Position numbers and translations under genes: made by a program. The notes under the pieces were generated by a model that was not told the origin of the DNA, made no database searches, and saw nothing but the letters and a program-made list of their open reading frames with translations. Positions 50,801-63,678 of a stretch of DNA of 64,000 nucleotides are shown one piece after another. The DNA comes from Styela clava. Taxonomy: Eukaryota. Every line of letters starts with the position of its first letter. Position 1 is the stretch's first letter. The stretch spans positions 16,988,001-17,052,000 of the forward strand of contig NC_135253.1 of the NCBI RefSeq assembly GCF_964204865.1, read 5' to 3'.

Positions 50801-53800
50801 GCTCTGTACTCACAATTGACATCTGCCTAGCACTTTCTAGAAACACCTTTTCCTGCAAAGTATTTCCTCTCCTGAGCTTTTTATCTTCGATCAATTTCTA
50901 TTTTTTTCATTACTCATTAATGTAACTAATTAAAAGCAACAAATCTCAAAATATAAACTGATTGATTATCATGCATATTGATCTATGTAGTATCTAAACT
51001 GGCTTTACATTCTGCAAATTCATACATATAAATTTATTATATGTTAATATACAGAGTGTTTAAAAAAATAACGCAAAAGTTACGATGAAATGCTACGTAA
51101 AACATTTAACGACTGACACCTTTTAACAGTATTGAATTACAGTGAAATGCCATTTCAACATTTCACGACTGACGCTTTTTAACAGTTACTTTTTTAAAGT
51201 TGCCATGACGAAAAATTTTACCTTAATTTTGCGTAACTTTTTTAACACCCTGTATAGTATGAACATTTAGCATGTACAGATAGGGCAAATTATATCCAAA
51301 CGATTTTACAAATAATTATGCAGGGTATTCATAAAGTCTCCAAAATTTTAAAATTTCAAAGGGAATTATTCAATGCCATCATGCCATATTTAATTTGTGG
51401 TCCCTACCAGTGTTCCCTCTAAAGTGTGCGCGCGCACACAGCTTTCAGAGGCTGCGCACACGCATAGATTTACTGCGCACAGACGTATTTCGATGTAATG
51501 TAACAATGTTCTCGGTTGGCAGGTTAAGAAAGTTTGTTGTTGGCCCACTTATTACCCGGTTAGAATGCCAAAATTTCTTCATTGGTTTTAGCACAAATAT
51601 TAGTCATTTCCAAAAAAGTGCGCACACACCAAAATTTCTGTGCACACATACTACAAAAAATTAGAGGGAACATTGGTCCCTACTGTTGTATTAAATTTAG
51701 TAAAAAAATGTGAATAAGCACTGATTAAAATTAAACAAACCTGGATAAGATATATACTGGTATATATTTGGATATATGACTTCGTAACAAACTTGAAACT
51801 GTGACAACACTTCATGAACACCCTGTATAGTAACTTTCTGACTGTCATTAAATTATCCTTTCTTAGTTCAAACTTTTACACCGCTCAAAATCCATTTTAA
51901 ACGAAAAATATAAATAAAGAACAGAAAATTTGTATTCATGATATGTGTAACTACTTAAACCTAAAAAAGATAGAACAAGTATATAAAAGTTGAATGGTTG
52001 AGACATAAATATTTGAAATTGTGACATTATTTTATCAAATATCCTGGCTATGGAGAAGTGACTGTGTTGCTTGGAATAAAAAAAAACACATCTGAACAAA
52101 ATTAGATAGGCTTATCAATATGCTACAGTTGCCTATTCAAAAATATTCATTTGAATAATATTAATGTTAGGTTTTGAAGCAAGCACGCTTTTTGTCATCT
52201 TCAACTGTAATCCTGAGTTTTTGGCTTTTTGCTATAACATACATAATAGTATATTGAAAAACATAAAACATTTTCCAACTTCATTGAATTTTTGAACTTA
52301 AACTACCCTTGCAAAACTTTCTATTAATAGTAACAATGTAAAATTTCTATACCATCCTGTGACAAAATATCAGTGTATGTGTACAATTTCACATAAGAAA
52401 TGCTAATCGTGATCATTGCTTCCATGATATATCCACTTCTGTCTACAATGCCACCTGTCCACTACTGCATAGTAACTGTTGCGTTCTGAAATCAAACCTG
52501 ATGCCACTTTTTTTACACAATATTTTATGATTGCAACGATATTCAGGAGAAGACAATACCTTTTGTGGAGGTTCATTATTGTCCATATGAACTCGAACTT
52601 CCACACTATTGTCTGAATCTGAATGGCAACTGAAAAATATATATGATAGAACCAATTTAAAATAAAATATTTGAATACAGTTGAAACCCAATGATGTGAG
52701 GTAGGAATGATTAGTGATTTTCCAATATTATTAATTGTTTAGAAAAAAGTTATAAACAATGGTTCCACATTTTTTTTTACGAAAAATGTGATCTTTGTAT
52801 TTCTACCAGTAACTCCAGATGATCACAAATTTTATACAAGGTGTGAACCAGACATTTTACCTTGGGTCAGATTGGTAGACGAAATCATCTCCAGAATCAC
52901 GATAATTCACATGATCATCATTGTCTGAACTAGACTGCGTATCAAGCAAGATATCGCTTGGTTTGACAAGTTTTTTCCGTCGTTGATATAATAAGCTCGA
53001 TACCGTAAGTTTCTTTTTCTTTGCAACAGGATTGATATCTTCATCACTACAAACGATTTAATAAAACAAATCGAAGCTTGAATTTCAGACAAAATATCTA
53101 GACTAGAATTGTACGAGTAGACCACCTGGGATGTAGCTGTATCTAAGTCAAGATACCGTATTATAACATATATCTAGGATATCTCGCAGATGAAAAAATT
53201 TAGTGCAAATTTGCATTACTATCGCTATGAGTAGTCTTTCTGCATCTGAATGCCTTGCTTTGGGCACAAACTTTTATAAAACAAGTTCGGTGTGTAGACA
53301 GTGCTTGCAAATTATGAAAAACAAGGATTATGATTAAAAAATACACATGCAAAACTTTCAGATTAGATCTGTATCAATCACGGCCATGGCGTAATCTCAT
53401 AATACCGTTTCTCGTATCACGTGTTTGATGCATGACACAAAAGCAAAACACTTTTTTATGAACACAAATATCTATCCAAGCAGTCAGGGCCCTGATTTAT
53501 TTATGTGTCTGCGATTTACACTATATTCCTGCTTAATAATGAATTATGACAGGTAGGGTGCAACAATCTAAACAAATTCTGATACTGAAAATTTTTTTGA
53601 AAGTTGTAACGACAAATGTAAAAATAGTTTATAAAGTTTCAACTTGAAATAACCTTAAAATCCTCCATTATACATACCTCTCATTGTTCGAAGTAGCACC
53701 ACTGGATGATGATTCCTCATAATCAGACTCTGGTTCATGTTTTATAAGTACTGATTTACCATTGACTATGATTTCTCTGGGAGGAGGTATTGATTTAACA

Positions 53801-56800
53801 CGTTTAAGCTTTTTTCGTTTTTTACGAGTGATTGGTAAAGGGTCTTGTGGCATATTGAAAGGTGATCTGGGACGGGGTGGTAATAGTTTTCTCTTATAAA
53901 CAATTTTGTCCGATGGTACTAATTTCTCAACAGGGATTGCTTCAAGTCTCATTCGCTCTTCTATTTGCAGCCTTTCTTCTTCTTGCTGTTTTTCTAAATC
54001 CAAATCATTTTTTAATCTGGTTTGTTTGCGTACTTCTTCTGACAGTTTCCTAGCAAACTCATGTTCTTCTTCGTAAATTGCTAATATTCCTTCCATAGGC
54101 AGTCTTAATATTTCCCCAACTGGATTATAAGTGTTCCTTTGCAAAGTAGAACCAGTCTTTTTTGTACCAGGTTCGACATTGGTACGCAGTTTTGATTGTG
54201 AATTAAATTTAGCTTGATCATGAGCACGTTTTTTCAGCAAATTGGCTCTACGCAAATTATATCCTTTGATATCATTGTACTCAATAGAACAAGGTCCACG
54301 AGGAGTATCGTTCAAACGATTCAATAAAAAATGATTTAAAGATGCACGACGTTGCAAATGTTTTCGATTCACAGATTTTAACTTTGAATAAGTCTTTGAT
54401 TTAGAAACATCATTAAGTTGTGATAAAGGTTGTATTTCAAGCTCTGCATCCTGCGATGTCAACTGTTCTTTAGTTTTGCGAATATTCCGTTCAAGGACAG
54501 CTGTTTTCTTTTGCAGTCTTGTTCGAAAAAGAGGTGGCTTCACCACAAAAGGATCAACTTCTTCTTCTTTGGATAAGGAAATTTTCTGCAAACCAAGTAT
54601 AGACAGAAAAGCTTCCTTACCTTGCATAACAGGATGTTTGTTATTTGATACATCTTTAACTTTATTACTAGAATACGTTAACTTTGAATTCACTCGAGGC
54701 TGTGTAGTTGTAACAGTATCGAAAACATTGCGCTCAATATTTTCAAATATATTACCATAGTCAATAATATTTGTATTTGATATTTCCGTATTATTTATTT
54801 TACTTGGTGATGATAAAAAACTTTTATCTTCATCTTCTGGTAAAGACTTTGAATGTTCTTCGTCAGAGGTAGTTTCAAAATTTGAACATGATTCACTTAG
54901 CAAAGAAAAAATATTGTCAGATGATTCTTTTTTATCTGTTTTTTTATTTCTGGTATACTCAGATGCCTCTTCTTCAGACTCTCGATTCTCAATTTCAAGA
55001 ATTCCTCGAATATCGAGCTGGGAATCACAACTACTCTCAACATCTGATAACCTGCCATCTGAATGAGTTGAGTTTAAATCCCACATACCAGAAAACAGAT
55101 TTTCTTTATCAGATCTGACTGCAGGATGAGTACTATTCAGTGCAAGTGAATCATTTGTTGTGTCAAAAAGGAGTTCATTATTAAAGTTAACTAAATCATC
55201 TTCAGAAGGTTCACTTTTGATTTCAATTATATTGTCCACGTTAGTATTAATTGATACATTCTTCTCATTTTGATTATCGGGTTCAGAAGAATCAGCACTT
55301 TCGAAAAGAGAAGTAAAGTCCACATTGGAATTACTAATCAAATTGTTACAATTTTTTTCTATCTCAGTTTGTTCGGATTGTGATACATTTGGCTCTTCTC
55401 TAGGCACCGAGCCTCTTATTTTCGTTATAATCGGCATACTAGAATCATCGTCTTCAGTTGTGGGATTTGTTTCAGCAGGAAGCAACAAGTTTACTAAGGG
55501 CTGGAGAAGCAAGGCAAGATTTTCTTGAGTAGGACAGGCTGCAAACTCAGCTGCTATTTTAGACTTTTCCATAATTAACGTATACTTTTTAGGGCTTAGT
55601 GTTTTTCGTTGTTTATCTGCATGATTTTTTCTAGTAGGTCCCAGCAACTTCCAGCCTCCAATTTTATGTAGTCCGGCCGTATTATTTTGCTCCCCATAAT
55701 TAGTCATTCGGTTTTCAACTATATCATTCACGATACTGACAGATGATTCACCCTCTATTCCTTGATCTGAAAAATAAATTTGCATATGAAGCTCATATGT
55801 AACAGGTCTTAATTAGAGGTGGGCGAGGGTCATAGATCAGGAGCCAAAAATTTTCTCATCTAGATTGGTGTGAAAATGCATTGTATGAAAAACAGTTAAT
55901 GTTGTCCTGTTTATCACATCACTGAGTTTAGGTAAAATATTCATAAATTTGTATTAACTAACCTGGTTCAACTCTGGAAAAGATCAATTTTCTGTGAGAG
56001 GATGGATCTGAAATATATATTAAATAGGAAAGGATAAGTTATTCACACTATATATCTCAATATCGTCCCAAACTTGGAAATAGGACTAACATAGAAACAA
56101 CACAAGGTAACTCCCAGATCTGTGGTTCTCAAGCGGTGGGTGTGCTCCACAAAGGGGGTGGGGACAATTTTTTGAGGGGATGTGGAGCTTATTAAAAATA
56201 TTTGTTAGATTTGAGCTTGCCTGACTTTTTTAGATATTTACATTTTTTTTTATTGTTTACAGATTGCGATTCCATCCACATATTTTCAGCGTGTTTTTTG
56301 TATGAAACATACTTTCGCCTTGCTATCTGTTATTTGTAGGTTATTGTCAGCTAGTTATTTTTGAGGTGGGGTGCGAGACTTGACAAAGTTTAAAAAGGAA
56401 GCACAGCTTAAAAAGTTTGAGAACCACCGTCCCAGATTCTCGCCTAATTATTTGATTGAGATTAGTATCATGATATCTCGACAAAAAGGTGCAAGTCAGA
56501 AAATCACCATTTACTGGCGCATAATAAACACCCATAAATGTATGAAGTTCCAGTAGCTCTGGGAATAACATTAGTCAGCCATTACTTTGCCCAGAGATTA
56601 GTTTTCTTTACTTCCCACTGAGTGTGATCAAAAGTAACAGGATCTAACCCATAGCACCGAACATCAGACAATTATTTAAATCTGAGCCCCCAATTTTTAA
56701 ATAAATGACATTGCGATCCACCTACCGGTAATTGGATGGGTGAGCTATTCTTTTTTTCTAAACCTGTCATCAGCTCTGTATTAATTGAGCATAATTTAAC

Positions 56801-59800
56801 TCTATATACCAGTACATATAAGCCGACCTATTAAAAAATGAATTTATAAAAACTCGCATATAAGCCGACCATACAAATGGTTTGAAATATATCTGTTAGA
56901 ATGAAGTAAACATTATATTCGTTTATGTATGATCAGAGTTATGCGTATAAGCCGACCTCTTAGTTTGGGAACCTTTTTTTTTTAACTTTATCGGCCTATA
57001 TATGCTACGGGAGCTATATTCAAAATATGTGATACTCAAGATATACCTTATTAAATCCTGATATGTTGTACTGAAAAATGGATATGAAAAGTTCTGGACA
57101 TGTGATTGCTTAAATCTCATTTGTTCCTAGTTGGTTCTCACCTCTGTTAGTTTGCTCAACAAATGATTCAAGATGTCTCTTCATATGTCCCTGCATTAAA
57201 TTTGCACATTCATTGATAGTAGGACAAGAGATAACAAAGGAACATGTTCCCATTTTACATCTGTAACAGAAAAAATAGTGAAACTGAAACTGAAAGTTTT
57301 TTTATGAAGCAGATCTTATTAACTTGTGCTGAACAATTGGACACTTAAACGCAAGAATCTACTTTTTCTGGAAGGACCATAATCTATTCACTCTTATTCC
57401 ACTCTGGGTGGACATGGTATATGAACTTGAAATCTTAACCTACAACGCCAACATGGCTAGGTCTACTGTTCTAACCACTAGACCAGGGGTGTGCAATCTG
57501 CGGCTCGCGGGCCAAATGCGGCCCACTAGGAAAAATTGTGAGACCCGCAGAAAATTGCCAATTTTGAATGGTGTGCGCCGTGTGCGACAGTTGAAATGAG
57601 TTTTTAATTCAGTTTAATCCAGCAAATGCGAGTTATTACAATCCCTTTGCGTTGCAAAGCCTATACCTCTCTCCAATTTATTATCTATGGCAGGGATGGC
57701 AAACCTTTTTCAATGAATGGGTCAAAAATCATATTTTTATCTCGGAACAGAAGAGAGTGGGTCACAGATATTTAATCAATGTTTGTATCTATAAGAATCT
57801 TCTGAAACAAATCATAATACAACGGTTCTGTTAATGTTGGTGTAGTTTAGTGCTTTACTTTACAGGGTCAGTGGTTCGCCATCCCTGATCTATGGCTATG
57901 TCGTTGCAATGGCCTAACAGCGAGATTGTGCGCTGCGAGTCATAAAATCAATAACTAAAGTTTTTGTGCCTGCAACTACTAGAACGCCTATGTTAAAAAA
58001 AGGTCCAGCGGTTTCACCCTGTTATTTGTGTCTGGCCCTCCGGTATGAGCGGTTGCACACCCTTGCACTAGACCAGGGCTACTATACTATTTTCACCGAA
58101 GGGCCGTACACAAAATTTTAAAATTATCGGGGTCCGGTCATTCAAGAAATATATTTCAACTATGCAAACGAAAATTCGATGCATCGTTTGACAAAATACA
58201 AGAGCAACGCTCAATATCGCGCTTCGGTGCTCTGACATTTTTTTTCTTGGTGGTTTAGCAGCGAAAATGAATTACGTCAGGATTATGAAATTAAAACCAA
58301 ATGATGCATTCAGAGACAAACACGTCTGCGGTCCGAATTAAATACTCAAAAGGTCCAGATTCGGACCGCGGTCCGCCAGTTGAGTAGCCCTGCACCAGAC
58401 CATCATACAAAATATATACAAAGTAATTCATGAGGAATATCTAATCTATTGTTTCCATTTTTCATTTGCCAGGAATTCATAGAGAAATTGACAGTTAAGG
58501 AATAAAAATGTTTTTCATGAGCGCACCCTAGAGTAATTACAGTTTTTAAAATGAAACTCAAAATACATTATTAGTAAGTAACCTGAGTGCCTTCATGTCA
58601 GAATTTTTCATTTTCAATCTAACTTCGCTAGTAAATTGGTCGACCAAATCTTTCAGTGGCATTTGCTGCAGGTAATCAAGTGTAAATAATTCAGTTTTAG
58701 CTTCAGAACCTTTTGGCTTTATCTGGAAAATAAAATATTGAATATCATATAAATATTTAGGTCACTTAACGAAACTGATAAGCGAGTTGTAAGCACTATT
58801 GTAATGTTAAAAAAATTGAGATTTAAAATTCTCAATTTCACAGCATTTCTATGAAAAAGGCTATAGACAAGCAACCACTTGTATGTACAGAATTACTGGA
58901 AGTAATAGTTAAGAAGAAATCATTAGTACAATGTCAAGATTTTTGTTTTTTTTAGCATATAATTTGACTGAAAGTACCTTATGATATTCCTTCTTCAAGT
59001 CTCCTGAAGTTGTTAATTTCTCATTTAGACAAGTTTTGGTTATTACACTTGCTGATGGAATTGAAGGTGGGGCTTTAAACTTTTCTGAAACACGGATACT
59101 ATTCATGAACTTATTTTTGACATTTACAATAATTGGTTTTATCACACAGTTTTTCACAGGCATTGAAATTGGTCGCTGAGATGTGGCAATGTTCTGCACT
59201 GCACTACTCGATCCCGATAAAAAATTTACATTTTGTCCAGTTTGTTTGTTAACTATTAATGAAGGCGTTGAGTTAACTATTTGAAAAGGTATAGCAACTT
59301 GTCCAGATGATGTGATGTCATTGGCTGATGGATGCATGTTTCCACTAGGATTCGTAGAAAGATTCATATTTTCTTGGTTGTTAACTATTAATGAAGGCGT
59401 TGAGTTAACTATTTGTATAGGTATAGTAACTTGTCCAGATGATGTGATGTCATTGGCTGATGGAGGCATGTTTCCACTAGGATTCGTAGAAAGATTCATA
59501 TTTTCTTGGTTGTTAACTGTTAATGAAGGCGTTGAGTTAACTATTTGAAAAGGTATAGTAACTTGTCCAGATGATGTGATGTCATTGGCTGATGGAGGCA
59601 TGTTTCCACTAGGATTGGTAGAATGATTCATATTTTCTTCCGCTTTCTTATCTGATTGCTGAGGAATAACAATTCTTCCAACCGTGGTTTTTCCAGCTGT
59701 AGCATTGTTAGGTAGAAACAGTATTGGAATCTAAAATATAATTTTTTTATTTCAATTTAAATACTCAGTTTTATATTTGTAGTGAGTTGATGAAATATTT

Positions 59801-60714
59801 AGTACTATAATACAAAAAAGAGAATTGTTGAATTTTATTATATAGCATTTCAAAATAAAAAATGAAACTACCCAGATAACAATAAAATATTAATGCGTTA
59901 ATTTCAAATGATAACCTGTTGTGCCAAAGAATCTCCTGTATTATTGTTGAGGTTTACTGACATCGGTTTCGGGGCAATATTTCGCATTCGTTTCACATTT
60001 ACCGGTACTTCCTTTCTATAATAACATCTCGAAGACTCAGCCTGAATAAACAAAGCGTTTTTTCTTAAATACGCACATGAATTGAATATGCGATATATGA
60101 ATGTGTCATGTCAAGCAATATATTGCTATGCTCGACAACAAAACAGGGTTATTCCGTAGTATGTGAACCAAGACGGCGGACACCGGGTCTGGAACGTTAT
60201 ATATGTACCAGGATAGATCATAATTCTAGGTACAAATACTACGGGAGTCATTTGGCGAGTCCCCAAACTCCTAATAGAACTAAAATACGGAAAATTATGC
60301 TAATATGTTTATATGCTTTTGATTTTTTATCACAGAACAAAAAAGATAATTTTAAGTCAACTGGCCGGTAATCGCTAGAAGGTTGATCCATTGCTTCAAA
60401 TAAATTTGTTAAAAAATGAAAAATAGAAATTTAATTAAACAAACTTCGTCGGGATCAATCAAAGATGGAATAGCATCATCATGCAGTATTCGACGTTGGT
60501 TTTTGAAACCCATTTGATTCTGAATTATAAAATTTCTAACAAAACAGTTGTTCTCGAAGTGAGCACCACATATCGCCACCCAAGGAGATGGTTCAAAGTC
60601 AGGTTTGATTTGTTGAACAAATTCAATCCATCTGGTACGTCTTGCTTCATTTTTGGGAAAATAATGGGTGCTGGTCGTAGTTCTCTTGCATGATGGGATG
60701 CAACAACGAGGCAT
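47842..60714 (-). CDS. Large THAP-domain + C2H2 zinc-finger protein, ~16 exons, ~1,560 aa
   Basis: Exons 60714-60445, 60041-59916, 59730-58978, 58722-58583, 57260-57142, 56007-55963, 55766-53678, 53046-52861, 52629-52560, 50852-50814, 50740-50630, 50302-50256, 50068-50002, 49131-48969, 48807-48662, 48168-47842 splice in frame. THAP signature CCIPSC..FP..W..ICGAHF..AIPS. DHSY motif. Four C-terminal C2H2(C) fingers with HAGVKPF/HTGEEPY linkers. The small middle exons are least certain. Confidence 0.8.
51052..51252. mobile_element. mariner-type MITE
   Basis: TA|CAGAGTGTTTAAAAAA...TTTTTTAACACCCTG|TA. Confidence 0.8.
51321..51825. mobile_element. mariner-type MITE carrying a nested hAT MITE
   Basis: CAGGGTATTCATAAAGT...ACTTCATGAACACCCTG|TA. 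Confidence 0.65.
51408..51675. mobile_element. hAT MITE
   Basis: TIRs CAGTGTTCCCTCTAA / TTAGAGGGAACATTG; perfect 8-bp TSD GTCCCTAC. Confidence 0.9.
56120..56429. mobile_element. hAT (Charlie-type) MITE
   Basis: TIRs CTGTGGTTCTCAA / TTGAGAACCACCG; perfect 8-bp TSD TCCCAGAT. Confidence 0.88.
56800..57010. mobile_element. Decayed Tc2/pogo-type MITE
   Basis: Iterated TATAAGCCGAC (56817, ~56859, ~56946) and an inverted TCGGCCTATA near 56991. Confidence 0.5.
57484..58065. mobile_element. hAT MITE A (contains MITE B)
   Basis: CAGGGGTGTGCAA...TTGCACACCCTTG; TSD CACTAGAC at 57476-57483 and 58066-58073. Confidence 0.9.
57691..57887. mobile_element. hAT MITE B nested in A
   Basis: CAGGGATGGCAAACC...GGTTCGCCATCCCTG; TSD ATCTATGG. 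Confidence 0.9.
58074..58392. mobile_element. hAT MITE C sharing the target site with A
   Basis: CAGGGCTACT...AGTAGCCCTG flanked by CACTAGAC / CACCAGAC. Confidence 0.88.
59246..59637 (-). repeat. Coding tandem repeat, 132 bp (44 aa) x3, in exon 3 of the THAP gene
   Basis: ENMN(H/L)STNPSGNM(P/H)[12 protein letters not shown](T/A)IP(F/I)QIVNSTPSL(T/I)VN. Confidence 0.95.
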
Positions 60715-61699
60715 TCTTCATTCTTTCATTTGATTCTTATATTAAGGCAATCACAGTTAACACTTTGATATAGTTGAAAAAACGAAAGGTAATTTAAATC
60801 TATATATAAAATATTTGAATCAATATTTTGGTCGAGATAGAAATTTTTTTTTCTCTAAGAAAAGAAAGCTTATAAGAAGTGAGATCATGATGAAAATATT
60901 GGATTCAGTTAGATATGGGACACAGGTTCTTGATATTGGATTATTGCAAAAGTCATCATAAGCAATTAGTGGTTGAAGCATTGTGTATAAATTTTCTTAC
61001 AGGTTCATTTAACTACAACTTTTGTATGTTTGGCATGGGTCATTGATGGGCAAGGACTACAGGACTAGAGAACCGCTTGAATGCTTGTACCATGCTACAG
61101 TGCTATCTGTATTATCCCCACCATTTCAATGAATACCCCTATATAATGCGTCATTTTAATCCATAGAGAATAAACAGCAGAACTTCCCAGCAACCATGAT
61201 CAGCTACTTGTGTCAGATGCATGAGCTCGGTGTATGGTATATGAGCAGAATAACAAAAGGTTAGAATCAAGACCATACTGTCTTACCAGTCCAGATCAAC
61301 CTGCAGCTGTGCTGGCAGGACCCAGGTTATTATGAAACCTGAATTCTGTTTTGATATTTTCCATATTGGCCTGGGTAGAAGTAACCATCATCAAATATTT
61401 TGATTATTGTTCTAAATTGTGAATATCAAAATAGCAAAGCATGCCGGACCACAGTACGGTACGGTACCGTACCTTTCTGCCGTATCAACACCTAAGCGTT
61501 GATTCCAAGCAAATAAATTATGGAGCTCTATTCCTGCGCATGGTTGGGAACACTGCACTGCTGTTGCCTTTTAGATGCAAGTTGCCTGTCGATTAACAAT
61601 GACCTAATAATTAACTGAACTAGCATTCATCTAACAATCTATTACTGCTGTACTGTATTAACTTTTCGTTTTTATGACCACGTCAAATTTGTGAACAAC

Positions 61700-62600
61700 G
61701 GACCTAAAGCTATTATGAAAAATTGACTGCTAATATCCACTACATAAGAAATCTGGCGCAGTTACTACATTTTGAACAACAAAATTTGCAAAACCATAGA
61801 TTGATTCGCAATAAACCAAATACTAAAACGAAAATGCATGTTCTTCTTCAGACTGCCGCGCCAGAACATGGCGCCTGCGCCAAATGACTGAAAGAAATTG
61901 TCTGCGACTGACAACCTCGTTTCCACATTACCGATATTGCGCGGTAAACTACCAGCCTTATAATATTGTAAAAATGGAGGTAATATGCAGTGGCGAGGCT
62001 GTATACGTACTTGCATTTATTATAACTACTGAAGGAATGTGATGATTAACATTGATGATAGGCAAACGCCATGCTTTTATAACGTAATATATAATATTAT
62101 GACGTCACAAATACAAAATTAATCGCGTATGACTGCCAGACAGCAAATACAGAGGTAAATTAAACATGTTTTTAACATTCTTTCCGAATTCAAAACGTCT
62201 TTGCAAACTATCTATCACGTGTTTACTTTACCCTCATTGGTCGCTTCACGATGAACATGCTAGATGGCAGGGTTAAATGAAAAAATTTGTTGCGCGCGTT
62301 GCGTTATTTTAGGGATAATACTCTTATTTTTCAATAATTTTTAATAGTCTCCGTCGTCGTCTGAAGAGGAATGTCACTTTCGCTTGGGTTGAGATTTCGA
62401 CGATTTTCTGAATGTGGGAAACCATTGTTACCGCGAAGACGAATGCTTGAAACATTCCTGCATTGCGTAAAAATCTGGTAATGAGAGGCAAATTAATTAA
62501 AGGCTAACGACAGTCTGGGCTAATAATATCATGTGTTTTGTGTGGGAAAGAAAAAAATGCTTTTCACTTAAAGATGTAAACCTCATACCGAATGTAACTC
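61700..62600. promoter_or_regulatory. Probable CpG-rich divergent promoter region between the THAP gene and CHTF8
   Basis: CpG-rich patch between head-to-head genes; TGACGTCA at 62100-62107. Confidence 0.4.
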
Positions 62601-62612
62601 GCTTAAGAATTT

Positions 62613-63065
62613 GGGTCTGGTATAGTTTAGTACCACATGTACTTCTAGTTGACCTGGCTCAACAATTTTTGCATATGTCAATCCTAACCCCCACCTGACT
62701 ACGTCACCGAAAAATTACGTCATTTCGACGTCACAGTGGCGTAATAAGGCCCACCGAGTATGCGGATGGTCGTCCAAAACGCGCAGACGATCACCCGAAA
62801 TAGAGCAAGCGCTTTCTCCCGTTTTCTCGTCACAACGATCACGATAGGAAAGAGATCACCGGCTTTAGCAAGTTCGTTATCGGCGGCGAAGATGAAATTT
62901 CAGGCGATCGTAATTATACTTTGGCAATCCCTATGACGTGATGGTGACATCGTAGTGATGTAATTTTTGGATGGCATAGTCAGGTGGGGGTTAGGAATAT
63001 CATATGCAAAATTCGTTATGCTACGTCCACAGGAAATACTTGTGGTACTAAACTATACTAGACCC
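62613..63065. mobile_element. Long-TIR MITE (Merlin- or MULE-like)
   Basis: ~135-bp imperfect TIRs beginning GGGTCT(G/A)GTATAGTTTAGTACCACA; 8-bp TSD AAGAATTT at 62605-62612 and 63066-63073. Confidence 0.8.
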
Positions 63066-63678
63066 AAGAATTTTATCATTGCTGCATTAAATAAAGCAAT
63101 ACAACATGGAAGCTAAGTTCAGCTGCAAAATTTTGAAATTATACTGATGCTGTTATAAAAATCTGAACATTCTGTCTTTTGCACAAATTCACGATAAGTT
63201 ACAATTAGATAATGAGTGAATGTTTGAAACACATCACCCGAAAATAATGCAAAATATCACTTTCGTCCCATCAGTTAGAATGGCTGGTTAGATACCAAAT
63301 CTGTAAAAAAATAAAGATATTCTTTATCCACATATGCATGGGGTGCATTCTGGACATTTAAAGACGTTTAAAAACTTTGCTGCAGAAATTAACTACATTA
63401 TTACAGACATATTATGTCTGTATGTGTAATGAAGTGGATATGTAGATAAATACCAGACTGTTGTTTTCAATTATAACTCTCAACTCATTATTACAGCAGA
63501 TATCAGTTTTTAGTACAGTAGTACTTGTATATCAGTATATAAAGAAGTTGCTAGTCTAGAAGGCTTTTTGTTCATTGAGCGAGTTTCGTATTCATATATT
63601 CGAGCATTGCTCTCTTGTTTCACAATTTATTTGAATGCTATCATTATGTTTAGTGCTTAAATAAATAAATACATCATA

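Noticed and set aside
52186-52231. Possible extra 45-nt exon of the THAP gene
   Set aside because: Weak donor (GTGCTT); the frame is maintained without it.
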